NCBI GenBank assembly: GCA_029266525.1
Contig: JAQSWQ010000006.1
Span: forward strand, 9,370-73,369
Reading direction: 5' to 3'
From: Microvirga sp.
Lineage (GTDB): Bacteria; Pseudomonadota; Alphaproteobacteria; Rhizobiales; Beijerinckiaceae
DNA length: 64,000 bases
The notes under the pieces are model-generated. The model made no database searches. It saw nothing but the letters and a program-made list of their open reading frames with translations, and was not told the DNA's origin. Within the stretch, counting starts at the first letter, position 1. Each line of letters begins with the position of its first letter. Shown in pieces: positions 28,100-37,162 of the stretch. Position numbers and translations under genes: made by a program.

Positions 28100-29998
28100 A
28101 TGTGCGGTCTTTACGGCTCCATCGCCTTCGCGCCCGAGCGCGCGCGCATCGACCTCGTCGCCCATCGCGGGCCGGACGGGGCGGGCTGGCGCGAATTCAC
28201 CTCGGCCGCGGGCCCGGTCGCGCTCGGGCACCGGCGGCTTGCGATCCTCGATCTCTCCGACGCCGGCCTTCAGCCGATGCCCGATGCGAGCGGGCGCTTC
28301 CACCTCGTTTTCAACGGGGAGATCTACAATTATCTCGAGCTGCGCGACGAGCTGCGCCGCAAGGGCCGCACCTTCTCCACCGACACCGACAGCGAGGTGC
28401 TGCTCGCGGCCTACGCAGAATGGGGCGAGGCCTGCCTCGAGCGCTTGCGCGGGATGTGGGCTTTCCTCATCTGGGACGGCCGCGACGAGCGCCTCTTCGC
28501 GGCGCGCGACCGTTTCGGCATCAAGCCGCTCTACGTCGCCGCGAACCGGCACGGCGTCGCCTTCGCCTCCGAGATCAAGCAGCTCGTCAGCCTGCCGGGC
28601 CTCTCCGGCCGCATGAACCTTGCCCGGGTGCGGGACTTCCTTGCATCCGGCATCAGCGACCACACCGACGAGACGCTGTTCGAGGGTGTGCGCCAGCTGC
28701 GCCCGGGCTCGTGCCTCGCGATCGATGCGTCGCGGGGTTGGGACGCGGTCATTGCGCCACGGCGGTGGTATGCGATCCCGCCGCATGGCACCCTGCAGCT
28801 TGGCGAGGATGAGGCGGCCGAGCAGTTCCGCAGCCTCCTTGAGGATTCGGTGCGGCTGCACCTGCGCTCCGACGTGCCGGTCGGGTCCTGCCTTTCGGGC
28901 GGGCTCGATTCCTCGTCCATCGTCGGCCTGATGAGCGGCATGCTCGCCGAAGAAGGCAGGGGCGAACGCGTCAACACGGTCTCGGCCTGTTACGCTGAGA
29001 AGGCGGTCGACGAGCGCCCTTTCATGGAGGCGGTCGTCGCGAGGACGGGCGCGATCCCTCACCAGGTCTTCCCGCGGCCGGAGGACGTCTTCCAGCACGC
29101 CTCCGACCTTACTTGGCACCAGGACGAGCCCTTCGGCTCGACCTCGATCTTCGCGCAATGGTGCGTGTTCGCCGAGGCGCGCCGGGCCGGCATCAAGGTC
29201 ATGCTCGACGGCCAGGGCGCCGACGAGGCGCTCGCCGGCTACCACTGGACCTATGCCTGGCACCTCCTCACGCTCCTGCGCCGGCGCCGTCCGCGCGCGT
29301 TCGCCGCGACCGTCGCGGCGCGGGTCGGCGCCCACGGCATAGGCGTCGCCGAGCAGCTGATGCGGCTTGCGGCGGTGGCGCTTCCGGCCGGCATCGCGGA
29401 GCCCCTGCGCGCGCGTCGGAGCGCCGCCGGCCATGCCTGGCTGCAATCCGAAGCCCTTCGCCCGCTCGGCCCGGCGCCCGCCGCGCTCGAGCTCGCGAGC
29501 GCGGTCAACGGCTTGCCGGAAACCGTCGACCTCGCTTCGCTCTGCGTCGTCCTCACCTTTTCCGCCAACCTGCAGATGCTGCTGCATTGGGAGGACCGCA
29601 ACTCGATGGCCCATTCGATCGAGGCGCGCGTGCCCTTCCTCGATCACCCGCTCGTCGAGTTCGCGCTCGCGCTCGGCAACGATCACAAGATGGTCGGCGC
29701 CGAGACGAAGCGCTTGCTGCGCCGCGCCATGCAGGGCGTGCTGCCCGCGCCGGTGCTCGAGCGCCGCGACAAGCTCGGCTTCGCGACGCCGGAGAGCGCC
29801 TGGTTCGCTGGCCCGCTGAAGGACGAGATGCGCGACGGCGTCGAGGCGACGCTCAGGCGCTTTCCCGGGCTACTCAACGCGGAGGCGACGTGGGCGATGG
29901 CGGCGGCGATGCTCGAAGGACGACGGCCGATGGACTTCGCGCTGTGGCGTCTCGTCAACCTCGGCATCTGGGGCGAGCGCTTCCGCGTCGCGCTCTGA
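28100..29998 (+). CDS. asparagine synthase (glutamine-hydrolysing) family amidotransferase
   Basis: ATG at 28100, in frame with the 27656..29998 ORF, giving 632 aa. It has the MCG N-terminal nucleophile and the PP-loop CLSGGLDSSSIV. Confidence 0.9.
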   Translation: MCGLYGSIAFAPERARIDLVAHRGPDGAGWREFTSAAGPVALGHRRLAILDLSDAGLQPMPDASGRFHLVFNGEIYNYLELRDELRRKGRTFSTDTDSEVLLAAYAEWGEACLERLRGMWAFLIWDGRDERLFAARDRFGIKPLYVAANRHGVAFASEIKQLVSLPGLSGRMNLARVRDFLASGISDHTDETLFEGVRQLRPGSCLAIDASRGWDAVIAPRRWYAIPPHGTLQLGEDEAAEQFRSLLEDSVRLHLRSDVPVGSCLSGGLDSSSIVGLMSGMLAEEGRGERVNTVSACYAEKAVDERPFMEAVVARTGAIPHQVFPRPEDVFQHASDLTWHQDEPFGSTSIFAQWCVFAEARRAGIKVMLDGQGADEALAGYHWTYAWHLLTLLRRRRPRAFAATVAARVGAHGIGVAEQLMRLAAVALPAGIAEPLRARRSAAGHAWLQSEALRPLGPAPAALELASAVNGLPETVDLASLCVVLTFSANLQMLLHWEDRNSMAHSIEARVPFLDHPLVEFALALGNDHKMVGAETKRLLRRAMQGVLPAPVLERRDKLGFATPESAWFAGPLKDEMRDGVEATLRRFPGLLNAEATWAMAAAMLEGRRPMDFALWRLVNLGIWGERFRVAL

Positions 29999-30009
29999 GC
30001 GAAGCCCGG

Positions 30010-31032
30010 TCAGAACGTGACGATCACCTTCCCGAACGCCTTGCGGCTCTCGAGCTTCTCGAGGCCTTTGGCGAATTCGTCGAGGGGAAAGACCGAGTCG
30101 ATCACCGGGGTGAGGCCCTCCGCCATCTTGGCGAGCGAGTCGCGGATATTCCCCATCGAGCAGCCGAAAGAGCCGAAGATCCGATATTGCTGCTGAAAGA
30201 GCTGCATCAGGTTCATGGTCGCAGAGACGCCCGAGGTCGAGCCGCAGGTGACGAGCCGCCCCCCGCGCTTCAGGCACAGGAGCGAGCCGTTCCAAGTGTC
30301 GGCGCCGACATGCTCGAACACCACGTCCACGCCCTTGCGCCGGGTAAGTCGCCTCACCTCGCCCTCGAAGCGCTCGCTGCGGTAGTTGATGACGTGGTCG
30401 GCGCCGAGAGCCTTCGCCTTCTCGGCCTTGTCGTCGTCGCCGACCGTCGTGAAGACGGTGCAGCCGATCGCCTTCGCCATCTTGATCGCTGCCGTGCCGA
30501 TGCCCGAGCCGCCGGCGTGGACGAGGATCGACTCGCCCGGCTCGAGCTTCGCGTTGTCGAACAGCATGTGCTGCACGGTGCCGAAGCCGATCGGAGCGCA
30601 GGCCGCGTCCTCGAACGAGACGCCCGGCGGAACCGCGACGGTCAGCCGCTCCGGCCGGTTGATCAGCTCGCGGGCGAAGCCGTCGAGGTGAAAGCCGAGG
30701 ATGCCGCCGACATTCTCGCATAAATTGTCGCGGCCCTCGCGGCAGGCGCGGCAATGGCCGCAGGTCTCGGCGCCGTACATCACCACGGGGTCGCCCGCCT
30801 TGAAGCGCGTGACGCCGGGCCCGACCGCCGCCACCTCGCCCGAGGCCTCGACACCGACCACCTGCGGCATCTTGCGCTTGGCGAAGGCCATACCGCGAAA
30901 GCCCCAGACGTCGAGATAATTGAGCCCAATCGCCCGCACCCGCACCTGCACCTCGGCCTCGCCGGGCGGCGGCGGGGCCTCGATCTCGGTCAGGCGAAGG
31001 TCGCGGTCGCCGAAGAGCTGAAGCGCGCGCAT
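30010..31032 (-). CDS. zinc-dependent alcohol dehydrogenase (MDR family), positional equivalent of the VLCFA-cluster adh
   Basis: I use the internal ATG at 31032, giving 340 aa. It has the structural-zinc Cys cluster CGHCRACREGRDNLC and the Rossmann motif HAGGSGIGTAAI. Confidence 0.85.
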   Translation of the reverse strand: MRALQLFGDRDLRLTEIEAPPPPGEAEVQVRVRAIGLNYLDVWGFRGMAFAKRKMPQVVGVEASGEVAAVGPGVTRFKAGDPVVMYGAETCGHCRACREGRDNLCENVGGILGFHLDGFARELINRPERLTVAVPPGVSFEDAACAPIGFGTVQHMLFDNAKLEPGESILVHAGGSGIGTAAIKMAKAIGCTVFTTVGDDDKAEKAKALGADHVINYRSERFEGEVRRLTRRKGVDVVFEHVGADTWNGSLLCLKRGGRLVTCGSTSGVSATMNLMQLFQQQYRIFGSFGCSMGNIRDSLAKMAEGLTPVIDSVFPLDEFAKGLEKLESRKAFGKVIVTF

Positions 31033-31034
31033 CG

Positions 31035-31784
31035 TTACCGATGCACCCCGATCATCGCGGTGAGGCCACCGTCGATCGGCAGCACCGCCCCGGTGATGTA
31101 GGCGGCGGGCGGGCTCATCAGGAAGGCAACGACGCCCGCGACCTCCTCGGGCGTAGCGAACCGGCCGGCCGGAATCTGCTTCTCCATGCCGGCGCGGTAA
31201 TCGGCGTAAGCCGCCATCATGTCGGTGTCGACGAAGCCGGGGGCGATCGTGTTGACCGTGATGCCGCGCTTCGCCGTCTCGATCGCGAGTGTGCGGCAAT
31301 AGGAGAGGAGCGCGCCCTTCGAAGCCGCGTAGGCGGCATTGCCGGGATTGCCCTGCAGCGCCGCGACCGAGCCGATCGCGACGATGCGCCCGGCGCGGGC
31401 CCGGATCATGCCGCGCAGCACGGTCTTGGCGAGCCGCGCCATCGACCAGAAGTTCACCTGCATCGTGGCCTCGGCCTTGTCCTGCGCCATCATGGCGGCT
31501 AGCGCGTCGTAGGGCTGGCCGGCGTTATGGACCAAGCCGAAGAAGCTTTCCTTCTCGATCGCCTCGCAGAAGATGTCGAGCGAGCCCTTCTCGGAAAGAT
31601 CGACCGAATGCGCGTTGAAGCGCCGCGCCGGCTGTGCGGCCTTGAGCTCGTCCAACAGCGCAAGGGCGGCGTCGGCCGAGGCGCGGTAGGTGAAGTCCAC
31701 GTCGAATTCCGCCGCGGCAAGCGCCCGCACGATCGCGGCGCCGAGGCCCTTGCCGCCGCCGGTGACGAGGACGCGGCGGCTCAA
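31035..31784 (-). CDS. SDR-family 3-oxoacyl-ACP reductase-like protein (FabG-like)
   Basis: 249 aa if translation starts at TTG 31784-31782, which overlaps the upstream TGA (TTGA) and gives MSRRVLVTGGGKGLGAAI. There is no ATG/GTG nearer the Rossmann motif. The catalytic motif is YAASKGA. Confidence 0.8.
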   Translation of the reverse strand: MSRRVLVTGGGKGLGAAIVRALAAAEFDVDFTYRASADAALALLDELKAAQPARRFNAHSVDLSEKGSLDIFCEAIEKESFFGLVHNAGQPYDALAAMMAQDKAEATMQVNFWSMARLAKTVLRGMIRARAGRIVAIGSVAALQGNPGNAAYAASKGALLSYCRTLAIETAKRGITVNTIAPGFVDTDMMAAYADYRAGMEKQIPAGRFATPEEVAGVVAFLMSPPAAYITGAVLPIDGGLTAMIGVHR

Positions 31785-33070
31785 GCGGCGAGACCCTTGG
31801 GTTCCGCCCCGAGGACCAAGCAGGTGTTCTGGCCGCCGAAGCCGAAGGAATTCGAGAGCGCGATGCCGACCGTGGCGTCGCGCGCCTCGTTCGGCACCAC
31901 ATCGAGCGGGATCGCTGGGTCGGGGACGCGGTAATTGAGGGTCGGCGGGATGCGCCCGTGCTGGATGGTGAGGAGCGACATCACGGCCTCGACCGCGCCG
32001 GCGGCCGTCAGCGTGTGCCCGATCATCGATTTGTTCGAGGAGATCGGCACCTGTTTCATGCGTTCGCCGATCACCGCCATGCAGCCCATCGACTCCATCT
32101 TGTCGTTCTCGGGCGTGCCGGTACCGTGAGCGTTGACGTAGTCGACGTCGTCGGGAGTGAGCCCCGCATCCTCGATCGCCTCGCGGATCGACGCGACGAT
32201 CGGCGCCCCGTCGGGGCTCGACCGGGTGCGGTGGAAGCCGTCGCCGCGCTCGCCGCAGCCGAGCACGTAGCCGAGGATCGTCGCGCCGCGCGCTCTTGCG
32301 GCTTCGGCGTCCTCGAGCACGAGCGCCGCGCCGCCTTCGCCCATGACGAAGCCGTCGCGGTTCTTGGAGAAGGGCTTCGCAGCGCCTTCCGGCGGCTCGT
32401 TCTGGGTCGACAGCGCCGAGAGCAGCGAGAAGCGGATCAGCGCCTCGGCATGGACCGAGCCGTCGGTGCCGATGCACAGCGCGGCTTTCGTCTCGCCGCG
32501 GCGGATCGCCTCGACCCCGAGCTGGATCGCGGTTGCGCCGGAGGAGCAGGCGGTCGAGAGCGAGATCGGCGAGCCCTTGGTGCCGAAGCGGTTGGCGATG
32601 CGGTCTGCGACCGTTCCGAACAGGAAGAGGTCGTGCCAGGGCTTGAAGCGCCCGGTGGCCGCGGCCTTGAGGAGGTCCGGATAGGTCACGCCTTCGTTCT
32701 GGCCCGACGCCTCGGCGAGCGCCTCGCGCTGCGGCCACTCGATTTCGACCGGCGGCACGGCGATGAACAGCGCGCCCGGAAAGTCGCCCTTCGTCCCCGC
32801 CCCCGACTGGGCAACCGCCTCCTCGGCCGCGAGCATGGCGAGGCGCTCGGACAGCATGGGCGCGCAGAAGGGCTGGACTTCGATGAAGTCGACCGTCCCG
32901 GCAATCTTCGTCCGCAACCCCTCGGTCGGGAAGCGGCCGATGGCATGGATCCCCGAGCGCCCGGAGGTCAGTGCCGCCCAGTTGTCCTCGCGGCCTTGCC
33001 CGAGCGAGGTGACGACGCCCATGCCGGTCACCGCGACGAGCGGGCGTCCTTGCCGGTCCTTCAGCGCCAT
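31781..33070 (-). CDS. fabF1XL: beta-ketoacyl-ACP synthase II (FabF-type), positional FabF1XL
   Basis: 429-aa ORF with the active-site Cys in LSTACSSGA and the His-His pair in HGTGTPEND and IGHTLTAAG. Confidence 0.8.
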   Translation of the reverse strand: MALKDRQGRPLVAVTGMGVVTSLGQGREDNWAALTSGRSGIHAIGRFPTEGLRTKIAGTVDFIEVQPFCAPMLSERLAMLAAEEAVAQSGAGTKGDFPGALFIAVPPVEIEWPQREALAEASGQNEGVTYPDLLKAAATGRFKPWHDLFLFGTVADRIANRFGTKGSPISLSTACSSGATAIQLGVEAIRRGETKAALCIGTDGSVHAEALIRFSLLSALSTQNEPPEGAAKPFSKNRDGFVMGEGGAALVLEDAEAARARGATILGYVLGCGERGDGFHRTRSSPDGAPIVASIREAIEDAGLTPDDVDYVNAHGTGTPENDKMESMGCMAVIGERMKQVPISSNKSMIGHTLTAAGAVEAVMSLLTIQHGRIPPTLNYRVPDPAIPLDVVPNEARDATVGIALSNSFGFGGQNTCLVLGAEPKGLAA

Positions 33071-33079
33071 TCCTTATCC

Positions 33080-34210
33080 TCATGCCGCCGGGGTCAGGCG
33101 GATGAGGCCGTCCCCGCGCCAATGCCCGACCGCGGTCACGACCACCTCCGGCGCGCCCTTTGCGATCAGCGCCGCGGCGACGATCGCCCCGACCGGCGCC
33201 TGTGCCTCGAGCGAATGGCCGATGATATCGCCGAGCGGATGGATCGTCGCCCCGGGCGCGACCTCGTGTAGCGCCGCCTTCTCCTCCGCGGTCGGCTGCG
33301 CGACGCCGGTCGCTCCGGAGAGCACCACCGCCTGGCGAGAGGCGCCGAGCGCCCGCCACTGCGCCTCGAGCGAGGCGCGGAGCGCGCCCGGCTCGCGCCG
33401 CGTGCGTTCCGCGCTCACGCCGGCGATGGCGGCAATGGGGTTTACCCCGCGCGCCTCGGCGTGCTCGCGCGATTCCAGGACCATGAAGGCGCCGGCCGAT
33501 CCCGGGATTAGCCCGCCGCCCCCGGCGGGACGCTCCCAGACGCTGCGGAAGGCCTTCTTCCAATAGAAGCCGCCCATCTCATAGATGAGATGCGCGTCGG
33601 CGCGTTCGCCATTGTAGGAGCCGCCGACCAGGAAGAACTCGGCCTGTCCGGCGGCGATCCGGGCGTGTGCGATCCGGATGGCGTCGACGCCCGCGCTCTC
33701 CTCGCCCATGAAGGTGCGGGACGCGCCCGTGACGCCGTGCACGATCGAGATGTTGCCGGCGAGAAGATTCGAGAGCTGGGCAAGGAACAGCGTCGGGCGA
33801 AGATCGCTCATCAGCCGCTCGTTGAGGAACACGCCGTGGTTCGCGGCCGAGCGCAGGCCGGTCAGGATCTGCCCATCGACGGCGTAGTCGCGCTCGCCGC
33901 CGCCGGCCGCAACAATGAGGTGCATGCGGGCTTTGAGCGCCGCGTCGGCCTTGACGCCGGCCGATTCGAGCGCGAGCCCGGCGGAGTAGACGCCCAATCG
34001 CTGCCAGGGCTCCATCTGGCGCTGGTCGGATTTCTTCGGGATCTGCTTGTCCCAGTCGAGATGAACCGCCGGGTGGACGGGGTAGGGGGCGAAGGTCGTC
34101 GTATCGACGTTCGGGACGAAGCCCGGCTCGAGCGCCGAAAGATGCGCCTCAACCGTCTCGCCGACGCTCGACACGATGCCGAGCCCGGTGACCACGACCT
34201 CGCGCGCCAT
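33080..34210 (-). CDS. fabF2XL: beta-ketoacyl synthase-like protein lacking the active-site Cys, positional FabF2XL
   Basis: 376 aa from ATG 34210 (a GTG lies one codon upstream at 34213). It has the thiolase/KAS fold, but the position aligned to ACSSG reads GEESAG and the HGTGT position reads SGATGV. Confidence 0.75.
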   Translation of the reverse strand: MAREVVVTGLGIVSSVGETVEAHLSALEPGFVPNVDTTTFAPYPVHPAVHLDWDKQIPKKSDQRQMEPWQRLGVYSAGLALESAGVKADAALKARMHLIVAAGGGERDYAVDGQILTGLRSAANHGVFLNERLMSDLRPTLFLAQLSNLLAGNISIVHGVTGASRTFMGEESAGVDAIRIAHARIAAGQAEFFLVGGSYNGERADAHLIYEMGGFYWKKAFRSVWERPAGGGGLIPGSAGAFMVLESREHAEARGVNPIAAIAGVSAERTRREPGALRASLEAQWRALGASRQAVVLSGATGVAQPTAEEKAALHEVAPGATIHPLGDIIGHSLEAQAPVGAIVAAALIAKGAPEVVVTAVGHWRGDGLIRLTPAA

Positions 34211-34671
34211 CACGCGGCCTCCACCGGGAGCCCGATGCGCCGCGCCTGACCGCGCATCGCCTCGGCCATTCCTTCAGGGAAGGGCATGGTCTTGAAGCGC
34301 AGGGACGCGTCGCAGATGCGCTTGCCCCCGACCGCGATCGCAGCCTTGGTGACGGCGTAGCCGGAGCCCTCATGCTCGAGCTCGGCCGTGATCACGAGCT
34401 CGGCGCCCGGGCCGACGAAGGTGCGGAAGCGCGCCTTGTCGACGGCCATGAGGAAAGGCATGTGCGAGAAAGCCATGAGCCCGAGCACCAGATAGCCCGA
34501 GGCCTGCGCCATGGTCTCGGTCAGGAGCACTCCCGGCATGAGCGGATGGCCGGGGAAATGCCCCTCAAATATCGGACTCACGTCGGGCACGACCGAGCGG
34601 GCCTCGATGCGCTTCGCGGCCCGGTCGAAGGACGCCACCCGGTCGATCATTTCGAAATATTCGAGGCGCAT
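34210..34671 (-). CDS. fabZXL: 3-hydroxyacyl-ACP dehydratase (FabZ/FabA hot-dog fold), positional FabZXL
   Basis: I use the internal ATG at 34671, giving 153 aa, with FEGHFPGHPLMPGVLLTETMAQ as the catalytic His motif. Its stop overlaps the next start (TGATG). Confidence 0.8.
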   Translation of the reverse strand: MRLEYFEMIDRVASFDRAAKRIEARSVVPDVSPIFEGHFPGHPLMPGVLLTETMAQASGYLVLGLMAFSHMPFLMAVDKARFRTFVGPGAELVITAELEHEGSGYAVTKAAIAVGGKRICDASLRFKTMPFPEGMAEAMRGQARRIGLPVEAA

Positions 34672-34759
34672 GCCGTGAGGGCGAGTGGCGGGTGGCAAAT
34701 GGCGATGCAGTGGGCGCTCGAAATCTATTCGCTACTCGCCATTCGCCATTCGCCTCCCC

Positions 34760-35041
34760 TCAAGTGTTCTTGGCGGCGACGAGCGCGTCGATGCGCGCGG
34801 TCAGGTTCTTCAGCACGAAATACTCCTCGGCCGGCACCTTCCCCTCGTTCACCTCCTGGGTCCACTGCTCGAGCGGCAGCTTGATGCCGAAGGCCTTGTC
34901 GATCGCGAAGGCGATGTCGAGGAAGGCGAGCGAGTCGATGCCGAGATCGTCGATGGCGTGACTTTCGGGGGTGATCTGCTCGCGCGGGATGTCCGCGGTC
35001 TCGGAGATGATATTGGCGACGGTCTCGAAAGTGGACGACAT
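34760..35041 (-). CDS. acpXL: acyl carrier protein (long, AcpXL-type)
   Basis: I use the internal ATG at 35041, giving 93 aa. The phosphopantetheine site is [13 protein letters not shown]. It heads a FabZ/KAS/KAS/reductase string as in rhizobial acpXL clusters. Confidence 0.8.
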   Translation of the reverse strand: MSSTFETVANIISETADIPREQITPESHAIDDLGIDSLAFLDIAFAIDKAFGIKLPLEQWTQEVNEGKVPAEEYFVLKNLTARIDALVAAKNT

Positions 35042-35216
35042 CTGCGCCGCGCTCCGCACATTCTCTGAAAATCGCGGCGCGACATTCGCCGGGCGCATGG
35101 CCCTGCCCCCGGTCGCATTCCGCTTTGGACAGCCCTGGATGAACCGCACCCCTTACACGACGGGTGTTGGCCGGGCAACCGGGGCGTCCAACAGCCGTCC
35201 GGGAGAGCAGGCGCGC

Positions 35217-35687
35217 TCACCAATAGTGAATCGCCATGGTCTCCGCGACGCAGGCGGGCCGGTCAGAGCCTTCGAGCTCGACCGTGGTGCGGAGCGTGGC
35301 GCGCAGGCCTCCCCCTTCCATCGGCTCGGCCGCGGCAAGGCGGATGCGGCCGCGCAGGCGCGAGCCTGCCCGGACGGGAGCGGGGAAGCGGACCCGATTC
35401 GAGCCGTAATTCACGCTTTGGCGCACGGCCTCGAGCCGGATCACGTCGTAGATGAACACCGGCAACATCGAGAGCGTGAGGTAGCCATGCGCGACCGTGG
35501 TTCCGTAGGGCGACTCGCGCCGGGCCCGCTCGGGATCGACATGGATCCACTGCCGGTCGCCGGTCGCCTGCGCGAATTGGTCGATGCGTTCCTGCGTGAC
35601 CTCGACCCAGCGGCTGACGCCGAGCTCGCTTCCGGCCGCGGCCGCCAACTCCACCGCGCTCGCGAATACGCGCATTCCCGCCTCCAT
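35217..35687 (-). CDS. MaoC-like (R)-specific enoyl-CoA hydratase/dehydratase
   Basis: The start is ATG 35687 or 35675. The hydratase-2 motif is FAQATGDRQWIHVDPERA, in a single hot-dog domain of about 150 aa. Confidence 0.75.
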   Translation of the reverse strand: MEAGMRVFASAVELAAAAGSELGVSRWVEVTQERIDQFAQATGDRQWIHVDPERARRESPYGTTVAHGYLTLSMLPVFIYDVIRLEAVRQSVNYGSNRVRFPAPVRAGSRLRGRIRLAAAEPMEGGGLRATLRTTVELEGSDRPACVAETMAIHYW

Positions 35688-35821
35688 GCTCGGCGGCGGC
35701 TCATAGCACGGCAGCAGTCCCGGCCTGAAAATCTCCTTGACGGTGACGCAACGCGAAGTGACCTTGCCCAGGAACGCGAAACCGGGCTTGCCGGGACAAT
35801 CGCGCGATCGGGAGAGGAAAC

Positions 35822-37048
35822 ATGCCAATAATCCGTCGGGCGCTTCTCGGCGTCGCCTTGACCCTCGCCGCGCTCCCTGCCGCGGCGCAGGATTCGATCA
35901 AGATCGGCTATATCGACCCGCTCTCCGGGGCTTTCGCCAATGTCGGCGAATTGGGCGTCCATCACTTCCAGTTCGCGATGGACCGCATCAACGCCAAGGG
36001 CGGCGTGCTCGGCAAGAAGCTGGAATTGGTGCCGCTCGACTCGAAGGCGAACCCGCAGGACACGCAGATCGCCCTGAAGAAGGTGATCGACGACGGCATT
36101 CGCTTCGTGCTGCAGGGTAACGGCTCGAACGTCGCCCATGCGATCGTCGACACGCTCTCCAAGCACAACGAGCGCGAGCCGGCGAAAGCCGTGCTGTTCC
36201 TCAATTATGCCGCGGTCGATCCGGCGCTCACCAACGACAAATGCTCGTTCTGGCACTTCCGCTTCGATGCCGACGCCGACATGAAGATGGAGGCGCTGAC
36301 CAACTACATGGCGAAGCAGCAGGGCATCAAGAAGGTCTATTTGATCAACCAGGACTATTCCTTCGGCAAGGCGGTCGCGGCCGCGGCGCAAGCCATGATG
36401 AAGCAGAAGCGCGCCGACGTGCAGATCGTCGGCGACGAGCTCCATCCGCTCGGCAAGGTGCAGGACTTCTCGCCCTACGTCGCCAAGATCAAGGCCTCGG
36501 GCGCCGACTCGGTCATCACCGGGAACTGGGGCAACGACCTCTCGCTCCTGGTCAAGGCGGCGAAGGACGCAGGGCTCAATGTCGACTGGTACACCTATTA
36601 CGCCGGCGGCCTCTCGACCCCCGCGGCGATCGGACAGGCCGGCAAGGACCGCGTCAAGCAGATCACCGAGTGGCATTCGAACGTCGAGGCGGCAGCGCTC
36701 GACGAGGAGCTCGACGCGTACAAGAAGAAGTACAATGAGGACTTCTACTTCCTGCGCACCCGCAACCTCATGGAAATGCTCGTAAAGGCGTTCGAGCAGG
36801 CGAAGTCGGCCGATCCCGTGAAGGTTGGCATCGCGCTCGAGGGCATGAAGCACCAGACCCCAACGGGCGAGGTCTACATGAGGGCCGACAACCACCAGCT
36901 CATCCAGCCGCTCTTCGTCTCGACCATGTCGGCCGGCATGAAGCGCGACGTCGAGAACACCGGCCTCGGCTTCAAGACCGACGGGCGCATCGAGGCCAAG
37001 GACACCGAGACCCCCACGACCTGCAAGATGAAGCGGCCGAGCGCGTGA
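35822..37048 (+). CDS. ABC transporter periplasmic substrate-binding protein (LivJ/K-type, HAAT family)
   Basis: 408-aa ORF with a signal peptide (ALLGVALTLAALPAAAQ) and IKIGYIDPLSGAFANVGE, typical of Leu/Ile/Val-binding-type SBPs. Confidence 0.9.
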   Translation: MPIIRRALLGVALTLAALPAAAQDSIKIGYIDPLSGAFANVGELGVHHFQFAMDRINAKGGVLGKKLELVPLDSKANPQDTQIALKKVIDDGIRFVLQGNGSNVAHAIVDTLSKHNEREPAKAVLFLNYAAVDPALTNDKCSFWHFRFDADADMKMEALTNYMAKQQGIKKVYLINQDYSFGKAVAAAAQAMMKQKRADVQIVGDELHPLGKVQDFSPYVAKIKASGADSVITGNWGNDLSLLVKAAKDAGLNVDWYTYYAGGLSTPAAIGQAGKDRVKQITEWHSNVEAAALDEELDAYKKKYNEDFYFLRTRNLMEMLVKAFEQAKSADPVKVGIALEGMKHQTPTGEVYMRADNHQLIQPLFVSTMSAGMKRDVENTGLGFKTDGRIEAKDTETPTTCKMKRPSA

Positions 37049-37051
37049 CCT

Positions 37052-37158
37052 CCCTCTCCCGCTTGCGGGAGAGGGCTGGGGTGAGGGGAGAGTCCGGGCC
37101 GGGGTGCCCTCGCCCGGTCGCCTCCGGCGACTCGACCTCTCCCGCTTTGCGGGAGAGG
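37052..37158. repeat. intergenic element made of two directly repeated perfect hairpins (CTCTCCCGC-loop-GCGGGAGAG)
   Basis: ccctctcccgc-tt-gcgggagaggg lies at 37052-37075 and cctctcccgc-ttt-gcgggagagg at 37136-37158. The second 3' arm is the only Shine-Dalgarno-like sequence before the GTG at 37163. Confidence 0.65.
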
Positions 37159-37162
37159 TAAG

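Noticed and set aside
37052-37158. Two direct repeats of a palindromic ~23-nt unit separated by 60 nt, which looks superficially CRISPR-like.
   Set aside because: There are only two units, no cas genes, and the unit belongs to a dispersed intergenic hairpin family (a related G/C-tract element lies at 2569-2742).
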